Source of the DNA: Folioceros fuciformis
Taxonomy: Eukaryota
DNA length: 35,308 nt
Reading direction: 5' to 3'
Assembly: GCA_049999805.1 (NCBI GenBank)
Contig: JBNGIO010006224.1
Location: 62,001-97,308 of the forward strand
Position numbers and translations under genes: made by a program. This document shows, piece by piece, positions 34,800-35,308 of the stretch. Within the stretch, counting starts at the first letter, position 1. Each line of letters starts with the position of its first letter. The notes under the pieces are model-generated. The model was not told the DNA's origin, did not search any database, and worked only from the letters and a program-made list of their open reading frames with translations.

Positions 34800-35308
34800 A
34801 GTTGGTAGTGCGACAGTTTGAAAGAGCGAAGCCATGTGAGGAAATGCATCTTCGTTCCAAACAAACATGGACATGCTAAGAAACTTGTGTGCCCAGATTG
34901 ATACAAAGATCATGGCAATCTCATTGCTGCAACCAAGGATGCTTGCTGAAGATTGGAAAGAAGTTCATCGAGCAATTACAATATCGGTTTCTCACGTTGG
35001 GCAGGGAACAACAAGAGCTATTTTTGGAGGGGATGTTGGAGCAGAAGGCATGTTCTGATCTAACTACAACTGTTGCTATTTCTGTTGTAGCCGAAGAGAA
35101 GGTGGTTTGTTGTGTGAAACGCTTTCGCAAGGTTTTCTGTATAGGGTGGGAAAGATATCAAGATTTGAAGAAGCGGTGCTTTTGAATGCTCCATGGTCCT
35201 CCGAACTGAAGATAAGGTGGAGGTCAAATGAGGACCATGTCCTGGAGTGCATGGCCCGGATGGATCACCCTATGCAATATTATTGCACAAGGCCATGGGT
35301 GTGTGAAG
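34800..35308 (+). mobile_element. Possible N-terminal remnant of a DNA-transposon transposase (DUF7869/Sola-like), truncated by the window edge
   Basis: EQQELFLEGML...KVVCCVKRFRKVFCIGWERYQDLKK..HG, then in a shifted frame VLECMARMDH.MQYYC. From recall, this resembles the vC..aF..lygi...r / HG / a.aWm..y.d.mP pattern of such transposase N-termini. The catalytic domain is not visible. Confidence 0.3.

Overview
Eukaryotic, intron-containing land-plant DNA. Compact genes with ~80-240 bp GT-AG introns suggest a bryophyte such as a hornwort; this is inference only. From left to right: (1) the 5' part of an F-box/WD40 gene on the minus strand; (2) a tandemly duplicated three-gene block (~2.4-9 kb and ~11.7-19.1 kb), each copy holding a decayed unknown gene 'X' (-), a DUF674-family gene (+) and a convergent, highly divergent DUF674-like gene (-); (3) a 13-exon PELP1/RIX1-like ribosome-biogenesis gene (+); (4) from ~26 kb to the window end, a repeat-rich, decayed, mobile-element-like region. 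The most striking content of region 4 is an intron-containing pseudogene encoding a prokaryote/phage-type ParB/Srx-like domain fused to a circularly permuted (beta-class) N4/N6 DNA methyltransferase. Beside it lie a convergent GNAT-motif ORF remnant, an unknown ORF remnant and a possible transposase N-terminus. All calls come from manual motif reading; no database searches were run.
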